DNA of 64,000 nucleotides from an uncultured bacterium (GCA_937952265.1 CALFYW010000016.1:334661-398660), one strand, 5' to 3'. Shown: positions 37,687 through 47,384, counted from the stretch's first letter. Numbers and translations are program-made. Notes: generated from the letters alone by a model not told the origin.

Positions 37687-38958
37687 ATGCTTGACATTAA
37701 GTTTATTCGTGAAAATAAAGATTTGGTCATCGACGCGGCACGCAAGAAAAAGATACGAGTCGACATTGAAGGATTGATTCGTCTGGATGAAAAACGCCGC
37801 GCACTCCTGCTTTCATTAGAACCAAAACGCCGTGACCAGGCAGAGTTTGGGCGCCGTATTGCATTGGTTCGGGATACTACTGAACGCCAACAGTTGATTG
37901 AAGAAATGCGTTTGGTAAAAGAAGATATTCAGAAAGAAGAAGAGGAATTGAAAAACGTTATGCAGGAATGGCGGAAGCTCATGTTGCTAGTTCCTAATAT
38001 TCCTGATATTACCGTACCTGAAGGAGAAAAAGATGAAGATAGCGTGGAGGTAAAGAAATGGGGAACATTACCCACGTTTCCTTTTACTCCCAAATCGCAT
38101 ACTGATTTGATGACCAATCTTAACCTGGTTGATTTTGAACGTGGAGTCAAGGTTTCTGGTTTTCGAGGATACTTTCTTAAAGGAGATAGTGTTCGCCTCT
38201 CTTTTGCGCTTTGGCGGTACACCCTGGATCGACTCATCGCGGCAGGATTTACGCCCCTTATGGTTCCTTCGCTCGTGACACGGGAATCAGCAATGGGAAC
38301 AGGTTATTTGCCCCAAGGAGAAGAAGATTTATATCGTACGCAAGATGATACATTTCTTGCGGGAACCGGAGAAGTTGCGAGTATGGCATATCATATGGAT
38401 GATACATTCTCCCTTGAAGCGCTACCCAAGAAATATGTTGCATTTTCTCCTTGTTTCCGGCGAGAAGCGGGAAGTTATGGCCGAGATACAAAAGGGCTAA
38501 TGCGAGTTCATGAGTTCTTTAAATTGGAGCAAGTTATTTTCTGTCAGGCGAGTCATGAGGAGTCAGTTCGCTTTCACGATGAATTGAATCGTACGATGGA
38601 GATGATTATTGAGGATCTTGAAATACCATATCGTACGATCGTAAATCACGCAGGTGACCTCGGTCTTGGGCAAGTGAAGAAATATGATATTGAGCTCTGG
38701 GTCCCATCGGAAAAGACCTATCGAGAGATTAGTTCAGCTTCATATTTCCACGATTTCCAAACGCGACGTTTAAATGTTCGTTATCGCGATACCTCGGGGA
38801 AACTTTCATTCGCGCATTCGCTCAACTGTACAGCAATGCCAACACCCCGAATTTTAATTGCGCTTCTTGAAAATCACCAGCAAGAAGATGGTTCAATCAA
38901 GCTTCCACAAGCACTCATCCCCTATTTTGGAGAGAGTGTGATACAGAAAAATGCATAA
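37687..38958 (+). CDS. serS: Serine--tRNA ligase
   Basis: MLDIKFIREN start, FRREAGS, RVHEF, EISSAS. Confidence 0.97.
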   Translation: MLDIKFIRENKDLVIDAARKKKIRVDIEGLIRLDEKRRALLLSLEPKRRDQAEFGRRIALVRDTTERQQLIEEMRLVKEDIQKEEEELKNVMQEWRKLMLLVPNIPDITVPEGEKDEDSVEVKKWGTLPTFPFTPKSHTDLMTNLNLVDFERGVKVSGFRGYFLKGDSVRLSFALWRYTLDRLIAAGFTPLMVPSLVTRESAMGTGYLPQGEEDLYRTQDDTFLAGTGEVASMAYHMDDTFSLEALPKKYVAFSPCFRREAGSYGRDTKGLMRVHEFFKLEQVIFCQASHEESVRFHDELNRTMEMIIEDLEIPYRTIVNHAGDLGLGQVKKYDIELWVPSEKTYREISSASYFHDFQTRRLNVRYRDTSGKLSFAHSLNCTAMPTPRILIALLENHQQEDGSIKLPQALIPYFGESVIQKNA

Positions 38959-38964
38959 TTCTCT

Positions 38965-39813
38965 ATGCCACTATCTCGAGGATCTCGTTTTACGTCCGGA
39001 GTATTACAGAGGAAGAAACGAAAAAGAATATATACCATTATCGGGTTAGGAATTTTTACCCTCGGTTCGTTTTTTTGGTTCATATTTTCCCTTGCTCGCT
39101 TTGAACCCCTGTTAATTTCAGACATCTCTGTTTCAGGAACGTCTGTCCTTGATGATGCGGTACTGATTAAGGCTTCAAAGGAGGAACTTTCCGAAAACCG
39201 TTTTCTCTTTTTTCCTCGAAGAAATGCATTGCTCTTTTCTCGCAAGCCACTCATCGAGAAACTACAGGAGATGTTTCCTCGAATCCAGGATATATCAGTT
39301 TCTCGGGAAGGTCTCACGCATATCACTGTTCTCATTCGGGAACATGAACCATTCGGACTGTGGTGTGCGGATGATACGAAAGGTGTTGTTGAAGAATCAT
39401 CCTCATGCTTTTTTTTAAACCAAGATGGTTATATTTTTGCTGAAGCACCTCGGTTTTCAGGGGATGCGTTCTTGCGTTTTTTCGTATCACTTCCGGAAGG
39501 CGAAGTGATCCGACAGCAGGTACTTTCTCCTGATTCGATGCAGGGAGTTCGTGATTTTCTGATGGCCCTCGATAGTATCGAGCTTCCGCCCTATGGGGTG
39601 GTAGTGGATGAGAATGGTGATATTGAGATTTTAATTCAAGGTGGGGCGCGTATTTTAGCTACACAGGGGAGTACGTTGCGTGAAGAGTTTGAGAATCTTT
39701 CTGCGCTGCTTGCTTCACCAGCATTTTTAAAACGAACACCACTTGAAGCATCGCTTGATTATATTGATCTTCGCTTTGGGAATAAATTGTTTTTTCGATT
39801 TCACGATGAATAG
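38965..39813 (+). CDS. FtsQ/DivIB-like protein
   Basis: Basic N-terminus, TM, POTRA-like region, C-terminal YIDLRFGNK. Confidence 0.78.
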   Translation: MPLSRGSRFTSGVLQRKKRKRIYTIIGLGIFTLGSFFWFIFSLARFEPLLISDISVSGTSVLDDAVLIKASKEELSENRFLFFPRRNALLFSRKPLIEKLQEMFPRIQDISVSREGLTHITVLIREHEPFGLWCADDTKGVVEESSSCFFLNQDGYIFAEAPRFSGDAFLRFFVSLPEGEVIRQQVLSPDSMQGVRDFLMALDSIELPPYGVVVDENGDIEILIQGGARILATQGSTLREEFENLSALLASPAFLKRTPLEASLDYIDLRFGNKLFFRFHDE

Positions 39814-39838
39814 TTTTATTTTTGGGTATAATTAATAT

Positions 39839-40948
39839 ATGCGCGTACGGATTCGACTGATATACACTTTTTGGATCATGCTTGCGGTTGCCCTCGGATT
39901 TTCCTTCGGGTTTTTTTCATCCGTGGGTGCTGATTTTGCGCTCACCGGCTTAGAGCGTTTTGGAAGGGCGATTTCTTTTAAGCAAGGTTCAACCTCTGCG
40001 GCTCAGGAAGATGTCAAGCGCTTCACGCCCCAGGTTTCAGAAAATACAAGCTCTCGCCAAACTAAATTAGGTTCTCTTTTCTCGGAAACCGTAACACTCG
40101 CATTTTTAGGAGACATGATGCTTGACCGAGGTGTTGCGTCGTCAGTTGAGAAGCACTACGGAGGAGACTGGGGAGTGCTTTTTGGGAATCTCGCTCCCTT
40201 GAAAGAGTATGATGTGCTCTTTGCAAATCTTGAAGGCCCTATCTCGGATGTGGGGGTCGATTTGCGAAACCTCTATTCATTTCGTATGGATCCTGAAGCA
40301 TTAGATGCAATTAAGGACGCGGGATTCGACGTGCTTTCAGTTGCGAATAATCATATGGGAGATTGGGGACGTAGCGCTTTTGAGGATACGCTCGTCCGGC
40401 TCCGTGAGGCAGAAATTCTTGCGGTGGGTGGAGGAGAGAATGAACTCGATGCGTCAGTGGTTAAGATAATACAGAGGAAAAATCTTGATATTGGCTTTGT
40501 CGGTTTCTCTGATGTTGGTCCGAAAAATTTAGCGGCGGGACCTCATGTGTCAGGCATATTGCTTGCAAGCGAGGAGTCGATAAAAGAAGTAGTGCCCCGT
40601 GCCAAGGATAGCGTCGATATTTTAGTGGCCTCTTTTCATTTTGGAAATGAATACCAGCATTTACCCTCGAGTCGGCAGCGCACGTTAGCGCATCTCGCGA
40701 TTGATATGGGAGCGGATATTGTTATTGGGCACCATCCGCATGTGCCACAACCGGTTGAGCTCTATCATGGTGGAGTGATTGCGTATAGTTTAGGTAATTT
40801 TATTTTTGATCAAAATTTTTCAAACGAAACCATGCAGGGAGTATTGCTTGAAGTACCAATTGTTGGAGGGAAGGTGGTCATTCCCACATTGCGTTCCATT
40901 CGGCTTAATCGCCATTTTATTCCACAGCTTGTACCAGAGACGCCATGA
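39839..40948 (+). CDS. CapA-family metallophosphoesterase
   Basis: GDMMLDR, NLEGP, ANNH, HFGNEY, GHHPHV, YSLGNF. Confidence 0.92.
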   Translation: MRVRIRLIYTFWIMLAVALGFSFGFFSSVGADFALTGLERFGRAISFKQGSTSAAQEDVKRFTPQVSENTSSRQTKLGSLFSETVTLAFLGDMMLDRGVASSVEKHYGGDWGVLFGNLAPLKEYDVLFANLEGPISDVGVDLRNLYSFRMDPEALDAIKDAGFDVLSVANNHMGDWGRSAFEDTLVRLREAEILAVGGGENELDASVVKIIQRKNLDIGFVGFSDVGPKNLAAGPHVSGILLASEESIKEVVPRAKDSVDILVASFHFGNEYQHLPSSRQRTLAHLAIDMGADIVIGHHPHVPQPVELYHGGVIAYSLGNFIFDQNFSNETMQGVLLEVPIVGGKVVIPTLRSIRLNRHFIPQLVPETP

Positions 40949-42246
40949 CCAAGATGAACGCAGTTATTGGAACCGCTCTTTTGTTGGGGGTTGCCGCACT
41001 CCTCTTTGTGGCATCTGATACGCATCTACCTTCATGGAAGAAGTTAGTAAGCAATGTGTTTTCAGAGTCCATCACTCCAGATGATGTTAAGCTTCGGTAT
41101 CGTGACAGCCATGTACGCGTCGTGGTAGCTGCTGGGCATGATGAGGATCATTGGGGGGCTCGGTTCGGTGATTTAAAGGAAGAAGTATTAACACGAGGAA
41201 TTTCAAAGCATCTCACCCGTTTCCTTGAAGAGGATCCCTATTTTTCGGTTACCGCGGTACGTGATGGAGAAACTGGAGCATACACTCCTGAATTTGCGCA
41301 ATATTTTGATACGAGACGTTCGGAGATTCTTGAGTTTATGCAGACGCAGCGCGAGGGGATGCGAGCACGGTTATTTAACGGTGAAGTGGTCCGGAATGTG
41401 ACCATTGCGCACAATCCAGCACCTCGTGAAGTAGCAATTCGTTTATACGGAATCAATCATTGGGCAAATCAACGAGATATTGATCTTTTAGTGCACCTCC
41501 ATGTGAATGATTACCCAACACGCGCTTCAGGTCTTCCCGGGAAGCACAGCGGGTTCTCGGTGTATATTCCCGAGTCACAATATCCTAACGCTCGCGCAAG
41601 CAGAGCAATGGCGGAGACCCTCTACGCGCAACTTGCGCGCTTCGTGGGGCCAAGCACTCTTCCTGGAGAGCGCGCGGGAATTATTGAGTCGCAAGAACTT
41701 ATTGCGCTTGGATCAAATGCGTCGCAAGAGAGCGCTTCGCTTTTCATCGAATATGGGTATATTTATGAACCCCAATTTCTTAACCCCGTATTACGTGAGC
41801 AAATGCTTCAAGAGCTTGCGTTCCAAACGTATGTTGGAATCAGGCGTTATTTTTCAGAAGAGGATCACATCCTCGATTCAGGGTATGCCACCACGTTATT
41901 ACCTCACACCTTTTCTCGAGATTTGGAGAGGGGCGAAGTGGGAAGTGTTGAGGTGTTGGCGCTTCAGGCAGCGCTCCACGAGGGAGGGTGGTATCCTCCA
42001 GGGGAGAGATCTCTTACGGCGTGCCCGATCAATGGAAATTTTGGCCCTTGTGTCGAGCAAGCCGTCAAAGATTTTCAGGTTACTCATGAGGAAGAGCTTC
42101 GTGAGCTACAAGGACCTCAGTTTCCGAGTGGGCGTGTTGATAGCGATACTCGTCGGGTACTTAACGAATGGTTTGGAGGAGCAAAGAAGAAAGAAGAGAG
42201 AGGATTTTTGGAAAAAACCGTTCATTTTTTCGGTAATCTTTTTTAA
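40945..42246 (+). CDS. N-acetylmuramoyl-L-alanine amidase (Amidase_3) with C-terminal peptidoglycan-binding domain
   Basis: AAGH..E, LHVN, IEYGY; VLALQAAL...GNFGP...AVKDFQ. Confidence 0.85.
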   Translation: MTKMNAVIGTALLLGVAALLFVASDTHLPSWKKLVSNVFSESITPDDVKLRYRDSHVRVVVAAGHDEDHWGARFGDLKEEVLTRGISKHLTRFLEEDPYFSVTAVRDGETGAYTPEFAQYFDTRRSEILEFMQTQREGMRARLFNGEVVRNVTIAHNPAPREVAIRLYGINHWANQRDIDLLVHLHVNDYPTRASGLPGKHSGFSVYIPESQYPNARASRAMAETLYAQLARFVGPSTLPGERAGIIESQELIALGSNASQESASLFIEYGYIYEPQFLNPVLREQMLQELAFQTYVGIRRYFSEEDHILDSGYATTLLPHTFSRDLERGEVGSVEVLALQAALHEGGWYPPGERSLTACPINGNFGPCVEQAVKDFQVTHEEELRELQGPQFPSGRVDSDTRRVLNEWFGGAKKKEERGFLEKTVHFFGNLF

Positions 42247-42272
42247 GTTTTTTATGGTAGAGTAGGCTTCAT

Positions 42273-43259
42273 ATGTCAGAAGGATTTTGGAGGGATCTTC
42301 CGCGTCCTATTATGGCGCTTGCACCCATGGCTGATGTCACCGATCAGGCATTTCGTCGTATCATTCTTAAATATGGTAAGCCCGATGTGTTTTGGACGGA
42401 GTTTGTTTCCGCGGATGGGCTTTGTGATCCACGTGGCCGGGAACATTTGATTCCTGATTTGGCTTTTGTAAAAGAAGAGCATCCTATTGTTGCGCAACTT
42501 TTTACCGGAAACCCCGCTTCGATGGAGTCGGCTGCCAGGTTTGTGGCCACATGTGGTTTTGATGGTATTGATATAAATATGGGGTGTCCAGATCGCAGTG
42601 TCGAGAAGCAGGGTGCTGGTGCCGCATTGATGAAAAATTATGATAATGCAAAAGCATTGATTCGAGCGGCAAAATCTGGAGCTCCACATATTCCTGTTTC
42701 AGTAAAGATCCGTGTTGGATATTTGCGAAATGAACTGTCGGAATGGTTGCCCGCGCTCCTTGAAGAGTCTCCAGCGGTAGTGACTATTCACGCTCGAACC
42801 AGAAAAGAAATGTCAAAGGTGCCGGCTCGATGGGAGTGTATCCGTGAGGCTGTGGCGATCCGCGATTCATTAAAAAGCACGTCTCTCATTTTTGGTAATG
42901 GAGATGTGCGCGATATAAGAGAGGCGTATGAGCGGGTCGCTCAAACTGGGTGCGATGGGGTGATGCTGGGGCGCGCTATTTTTGGAAATCCGTGGCTCTT
43001 CTCAGATCGCAGGGATCCGGTTACGCTGGAGGAGCGACTTCGGGTATTGGTTGAACACACGGAGCTGTTTGAAAAACTACTCGGAGAGATAAAAAATTTT
43101 TCAATTATGAAGAAGCATTATAAAGCCTATGTTACGGGTTTTGATGGCGCAAAAGAGCTCCGGGTCAAACTGATGGAAACTGCTTCCGCGACCGAGGTAC
43201 GCCTGCTCGTCGAAGAATTTCTAGCTGCTGGTGGGCAGGATAGGGGCATGTTATCATAA
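42273..43259 (+). CDS. tRNA-dihydrouridine synthase
   Basis: LAPMADVTD, DINMGCP, TIHART, NGDV, GVMLGR. Confidence 0.95.
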   Translation: MSEGFWRDLPRPIMALAPMADVTDQAFRRIILKYGKPDVFWTEFVSADGLCDPRGREHLIPDLAFVKEEHPIVAQLFTGNPASMESAARFVATCGFDGIDINMGCPDRSVEKQGAGAALMKNYDNAKALIRAAKSGAPHIPVSVKIRVGYLRNELSEWLPALLEESPAVVTIHARTRKEMSKVPARWECIREAVAIRDSLKSTSLIFGNGDVRDIREAYERVAQTGCDGVMLGRAIFGNPWLFSDRRDPVTLEERLRVLVEHTELFEKLLGEIKNFSIMKKHYKAYVTGFDGAKELRVKLMETASATEVRLLVEEFLAAGGQDRGMLS

Positions 43260-43261
43260 TG

Positions 43262-43556
43262 ACGAAGAACATGGTTCTTAAACTCAGCAGAGAAAGGAGA
43301 TCGAGATCATGAAGTATCACGCGCTGTTGCGGACATCCACACGCTCGTACACACAGCAATAGAAAGGGGGTGATCAACATCTCCCAATGCACTGGGGCAG
43401 CAGGGGCAACGGGCTTACCCAGGAAGCGGTGGCAGGTATGGCTACGGGTATACCTGCATCGCCTTGGCATCGGGTTTGCTTAATGTAGAGGTGGTAGTTC
43501 CTCCTGCATTAAGTGATCGACGCGGAAGAGTTGTGCATTCTCTTCCGCGTCTTTTT
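43262..43556 (+). ncRNA. Candidate stand-alone structured transcript (ncRNA or small-peptide mRNA)
   Basis: Upstream TGT-TATCAT -10, several hairpins, strong terminator; no family recognised. Confidence 0.4.
43519..43556 (+). terminator. Intrinsic terminator upstream of dnaX
   Basis: GACGCGGAAGAG-N9-CTCTTCCGCGTC-TTTTT. Confidence 0.85.
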
Positions 43557-43592
43557 GTTTCTTTAGTTTCCCTGCGATATACTAACCACGAC

Positions 43593-44651
43593 ATGGAATC
43601 ATTGGCATTTTATCGAAAATACCGCCCACAGACATTTCAAGAAGTTGTCGGGCAAGACCATATTGTTACCGTGCTTCAGGAATTTGTTTCGCTAAAACGC
43701 ATTCCCCACGCGCTTCTCTTTTCTGGTTCTCGCGGCACCGGAAAAACCTCGCTTGCTCGGATTTTTGCGCACGCGATACAAACGCAAGATCAGGATTTAT
43801 ATGAAATCGATGCGGCATCAAATCGAGGTATTGATGATATACGCATGCTCCGTGAGGCAGTGCAGACGTTTCCCTTTCAGTCGCCATATAAAGTGTACAT
43901 TATTGATGAGGTGCATATGCTTACCAAAGAAGCATTCAACGCGCTTCTCAAGACACTTGAAGAACCGCCGCAACATGTGGTTTTTGTACTCGCAACGACT
44001 GAACTTTCAAAACTTCCAGAAACGGTAGTTTCTCGATGCCAGACCTTCAGTTTTAATCGTCCTTCTCGAGAGATATTAAAGAAGGTGGTCGCTAAAGTTG
44101 CGAAGAAAGAGGGGGTGGTATTGGGTAGAGGCGCGGCAGAACTCATCGCGCTTCTTGGTGATGGATCATTTCGAGACACCCTAGGGGTGCTTGATAAAGT
44201 TGCCTCCCTTCAAAAGCAAGGATCTGAAATTACGCGAGAGGAAATCACCACCCTAACCGGCGCCCCAAAAACAGAATTGGTAGAAACAGTGCTTGAAGCA
44301 ATGGTGCATGCTGACATTGAGCGAGGGTTATCAGCAATTCGAGAAGCGGGATCAGCTGGATTTGAGATGAAGCTCTTTATTACGCTTTTATTGGAGAAAG
44401 CGCGCGCGATACTCCTGCTTTCCTATGCGCCTCGACTGAAAGAAGAGGTATTAAAAGATTTTTCGAAGGAAGAACAGGAGTTCATGCTTCAATTGCACAA
44501 TGATCCAAATCGAAAGATTACCAAGGAAATGATCATTGCACTCCTCGATGCGCTTGAAAATACCGGTCGTGGAGACATCCCTTCACTTCCCCTTGAACTC
44601 GCGTTTCTTTCCTCAGTTAATCAAAAGGAAGGGAATAGTCATTCAGTATAA
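43593..44651 (+). CDS. dnaX: DNA polymerase III subunit gamma/tau (short form)
   Basis: YRKYRP, GSRGTGKT, EIDAASN, IDEVHML, SRC; real start MESLAFY at 43593. Confidence 0.96.
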   Translation: MESLAFYRKYRPQTFQEVVGQDHIVTVLQEFVSLKRIPHALLFSGSRGTGKTSLARIFAHAIQTQDQDLYEIDAASNRGIDDIRMLREAVQTFPFQSPYKVYIIDEVHMLTKEAFNALLKTLEEPPQHVVFVLATTELSKLPETVVSRCQTFSFNRPSREILKKVVAKVAKKEGVVLGRGAAELIALLGDGSFRDTLGVLDKVASLQKQGSEITREEITTLTGAPKTELVETVLEAMVHADIERGLSAIREAGSAGFEMKLFITLLLEKARAILLLSYAPRLKEEVLKDFSKEEQEFMLQLHNDPNRKITKEMIIALLDALENTGRGDIPSLPLELAFLSSVNQKEGNSHSV

Positions 44652-44697
44652 GTTGCGTAATTTCAAAACTTTGGCAAGATAGAGCTGATAGGTAAAT

Positions 44698-44768
44698 TGC
44701 CGGGTCGTCTAATGGTAGGACATCAGGTTTTGGTCCTGAGTATCGGGGTTCGAGTCCCTGCCCGGCAG
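44698..44768 (+). tRNA. tRNA-Gln(TTG)
   Basis: TGCCGGGTCGTCTAATGGTAGGAC; anticodon loop TTTTGGT; GGTTCGAG. Confidence 0.94.
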
Positions 44769-44858
44769 CAGAATTGAATGACTGATAAATGCAGATATAA
44801 AAAACACCCGAGAAAGAATACCTCGAGTGTTTGATTTAGTTAATATCCTATATTTGTT

Positions 44859-45830
44859 TTAATTTCGGCAATGGATATACCAACAGAAGGTAATACCAAA
44901 CAAAAATGCAATTAATTCATTGATCTCCGGCACGACGAGTGGTGGGGTTAACGAATCAGTATTGATGGTGCCTGATATTGAAAATCCCATTGATCCTGCA
45001 TCATTTGGTGTAAGTAGGTAACTCACCCTATCTGATCCGAATGTTGCGATTTCGCCAGAGTCATTGATTGCTCGGGCGGAGATGAGTGGGATGCTAAGAC
45101 CGTCTACCACGTCATCAAGATAACGAAAATTGTGATCCGCGAGGGTATAGACAAATGCTCTTCCTTCGCTCTCGCCTACGATGTGCCCGTGGTTATTGAT
45201 AGCAATTGCTCGCCCTTCACGTTCACTTAAGATATGGTCATCACCATTAAGCCAAAGTGTAGGAAGGGGGACTGGGTTATGGGTGTTCGCATAGGTAAAA
45301 CCAACAATCTCACGGCGGTCATTAACCGCATATGCGAACCCAAGCCCCAGTGATGACGGTAGTGGATCCCCATTGAGAGTTGCGTAACCTGATGCCCAAC
45401 CGACATAATCACCAAGATTATTTATTCCACGAACAATAGGGCCTCCACTACCATGATTTTCATTAACGATGAAGAACCCATGTTCATTAATAGAGAAGAC
45501 GCTACTCCGGCTTAGTCCAATTTGGTTTAAGATTTCATTTTCCCAGAGGAACGCAATTTGCTGACCGTTGTTAATAGTACTTGTTCCGTCTCCCAGTTGT
45601 CCTACAATTTGTCGAGCATTATTAATATCGAATGCTATGCTGTGGACGGCACTTCCAGGTGTCAGATCGAACATAACACCATTATTCCATCGGAAGGCGT
45701 GTAGTAGCCCTGACGGGCTTTCGAATGCTCCCACAATATCCCCGTGATCGTTGATCCCAAATACTTCAATTAATTCCGCTCGGCAATGATGAAATACCAT
45801 AATGAGCAGAGAGTATAATAATAGTCGCAT
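44859..45830 (-). CDS. Secreted HAF-repeat protein with a PEP-CTERM-like tail
   Basis: Repeats (G/A/D)IN(D/N)xGxIVG, HAFRW; C-terminal VVPE + hydrophobic stretch + R. Confidence 0.8.
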   Translation of the reverse strand: MRLLLYSLLIMVFHHCRAELIEVFGINDHGDIVGAFESPSGLLHAFRWNNGVMFDLTPGSAVHSIAFDINNARQIVGQLGDGTSTINNGQQIAFLWENEILNQIGLSRSSVFSINEHGFFIVNENHGSGGPIVRGINNLGDYVGWASGYATLNGDPLPSSLGLGFAYAVNDRREIVGFTYANTHNPVPLPTLWLNGDDHILSEREGRAIAINNHGHIVGESEGRAFVYTLADHNFRYLDDVVDGLSIPLISARAINDSGEIATFGSDRVSYLLTPNDAGSMGFSISGTINTDSLTPPLVVPEINELIAFLFGITFCWYIHCRN

Positions 45831-45958
45831 TGTTTCTCCTTTCGTTTCAAGCTTCTATTTACAAACTAGCATAGTTGTTGGATTTTTACAAAAAGAGATA
45901 CTTGTGAAAATTCGTTCTGGCAGCATCAATCGTCTCCTACTTGATAAAGAAAAGATCT

Positions 45959-45985
45959 AAAAAACGCCTCGTGGAGGCGTTTTTT
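45959..45985. terminator. Terminator after the MerR gene
   Basis: AAAAAACGCCTC-GTG-GAGGCGTTTTTT. Confidence 0.8.
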
Positions 45986-45988
45986 AGA

Positions 45989-46735
45989 TCAGCGTGTATT
46001 ACAATATATAATCATGGCGTCGTGCATGAATCGGGCTAGATTCTCATGGTACGCATCGAAGTATTTTTTAAACCTCTTATCGTTCACATACATTTCTGCA
46101 AGATCACGATATATCTCTGGGTTTGGTTCATAATACACTCTCAAGCTAGCGTAATGCTTATCAATCAAGGTTTGTATTTTGGAATCACTTGCTGGCAAGT
46201 GAATAAGAGAAACGATCTCTCTCATTAATTCATCCGTTTCTTTTTGGATCAGTATTTTCTCTTTCTTTCTCAGTTTCCCGTATCTCTCTTCGGATTGTCT
46301 ATATGCGAGAGTATTCCCCCAACGCTCTTTTGCTTCTTTTGCGTAGAGCGCTAGTTCTTGTTTAGAAAATCCGACGTATAGATCTTTATCGTTCATGTTA
46401 TTTTTTTTGTGTAATTTATTAGTAGTCTTTTTAATTGTGATTAACAATTTTTCCAACCGGTCTTTTTTAATAGCGATAAGTTTTTGATGTTGAGTGAGTG
46501 CTTTGGATACATCAAAATTTGAGTTTTCAAGAATTTTCTTAATATCTTCTAACGAGAGTTCTAATTCTCGGAAGAACATAATTTGTTGAAGTAGCAGTAG
46601 TTCTTTTTCTTCATATGTGCGATAGCCATTTGATTCAATCCGGGCAGGCTTAAGAAGCCCAATCTCGTCATAATAATGAAGAGTTCTTACCGTGGTATTT
46701 GCAAGATTTGCGAGTTGTTGAATTGTGTATTTCAC
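45989..46735 (-). CDS. MerR-family regulator with TipAS domain (TipA/Mta-like)
   Basis: TVRTLHYYDEIGLL, GYRTY, EAKERWG, LAEMYVNDKRF; probable GTG start at 46735. Confidence 0.92.
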   Translation of the reverse strand: MKYTIQQLANLANTTVRTLHYYDEIGLLKPARIESNGYRTYEEKELLLLQQIMFFRELELSLEDIKKILENSNFDVSKALTQHQKLIAIKKDRLEKLLITIKKTTNKLHKKNNMNDKDLYVGFSKQELALYAKEAKERWGNTLAYRQSEERYGKLRKKEKILIQKETDELMREIVSLIHLPASDSKIQTLIDKHYASLRVYYEPNPEIYRDLAEMYVNDKRFKKYFDAYHENLARFMHDAMIIYCNTR

Positions 46736-46768
46736 AGCCAATTTTTGGTGTCGACCACACCATATCAC

Positions 46769-46799
46769 AGCATAAACTATTACGCAACGTAAGAGTCAA
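46769..46799 (-). promoter_or_regulatory. MerR-type promoter with 19-bp spacer and dyad operator
   Basis: TTGACT-CTTACGTTGCGTAATAGTT(19 nt)-TATGCT; dyad TTACG-TTG-CGTAA. Confidence 0.85.
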
Positions 46800-46892
46800 G
46801 CGTTTTGTAAGAATAGGTTTATCTTCAGGGAGGGTCAGTATTTGGAACGATTAACTCAAAATGAATACAAAATTTTATGATATACTCTCTCT

Positions 46893-47210
46893 ATGATCAT
46901 GGTAACCATAGATTCCATACCGGGAAAAGAGATTAAAGAGGTGCTTGGTATTGCGCGTGGGAGCGCGGTACGTGCCCGGCACGTGGGCAATGATATTATG
47001 GCTGGCCTCAAAGGACTGGTTGGAGGTGAAATTGAAGAATATACCAAATTGCAAGCAGAATCGCGCGAGCAAGCACTTCAACGACTTCAGAGAGACGCGG
47101 AAGAGCTTGGGGCTGACGCCGTGCTTAATATCAGGATTACCACGTCAACGGTATCAAATGGAGCTGCTGAAATTTTAGTATATGGCACCGCGGTGACCCT
47201 TACCTCCTAG
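46893..47210 (+). CDS. YbjQ/UPF0145 family protein
   Basis: AGLKGLVGGEIEEY, LGADAV, YGTAV. Confidence 0.92.
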   Translation: MIMVTIDSIPGKEIKEVLGIARGSAVRARHVGNDIMAGLKGLVGGEIEEYTKLQAESREQALQRLQRDAEELGADAVLNIRITTSTVSNGAAEILVYGTAVTLTS

Positions 47211-47214
47211 CTCT

Positions 47215-47334
47215 ATGTTTGTTGAATTTATTCCGGTAGTGTTTTGGGTTACCCTCGGAGTATTGCTGGTATATCTTATACTGCGTCGTTTGAGGATAAA
47301 GAAAGAAGAGAATTTTGAGGATCGAGATAATTAA
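47215..47334 (+). CDS. 39-aa single-TM microprotein
   Basis: MFVEFIPVVFWVTLGVLLVYLILRRLRIKKEENFEDRDN, 4 nt after ybjQ. Confidence 0.65.
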   Translation: MFVEFIPVVFWVTLGVLLVYLILRRLRIKKEENFEDRDN

Positions 47335-47384
47335 GTTTAGAAAATCTTTACAATTTTTGTAGGGCGCCCCATAATATCCCGTAT

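Noticed and set aside
41507-42265. 252-aa alternative-frame ORF inside the amidase gene
   Set aside because: No start signals or motifs; fully nested in a well-supported CDS
43380-43460. SRP RNA (ffs) call based on position before dnaX
   Set aside because: The conserved CAGG-stem-GGAA-stem-AGCAG arrangement was not found; kept only as an unidentified RNA candidate
43464-43592. N-terminal extension of DnaX in the ORF track
   Set aside because: It crosses a terminator; the conserved N-terminus and a -10 box point to ATG 43593
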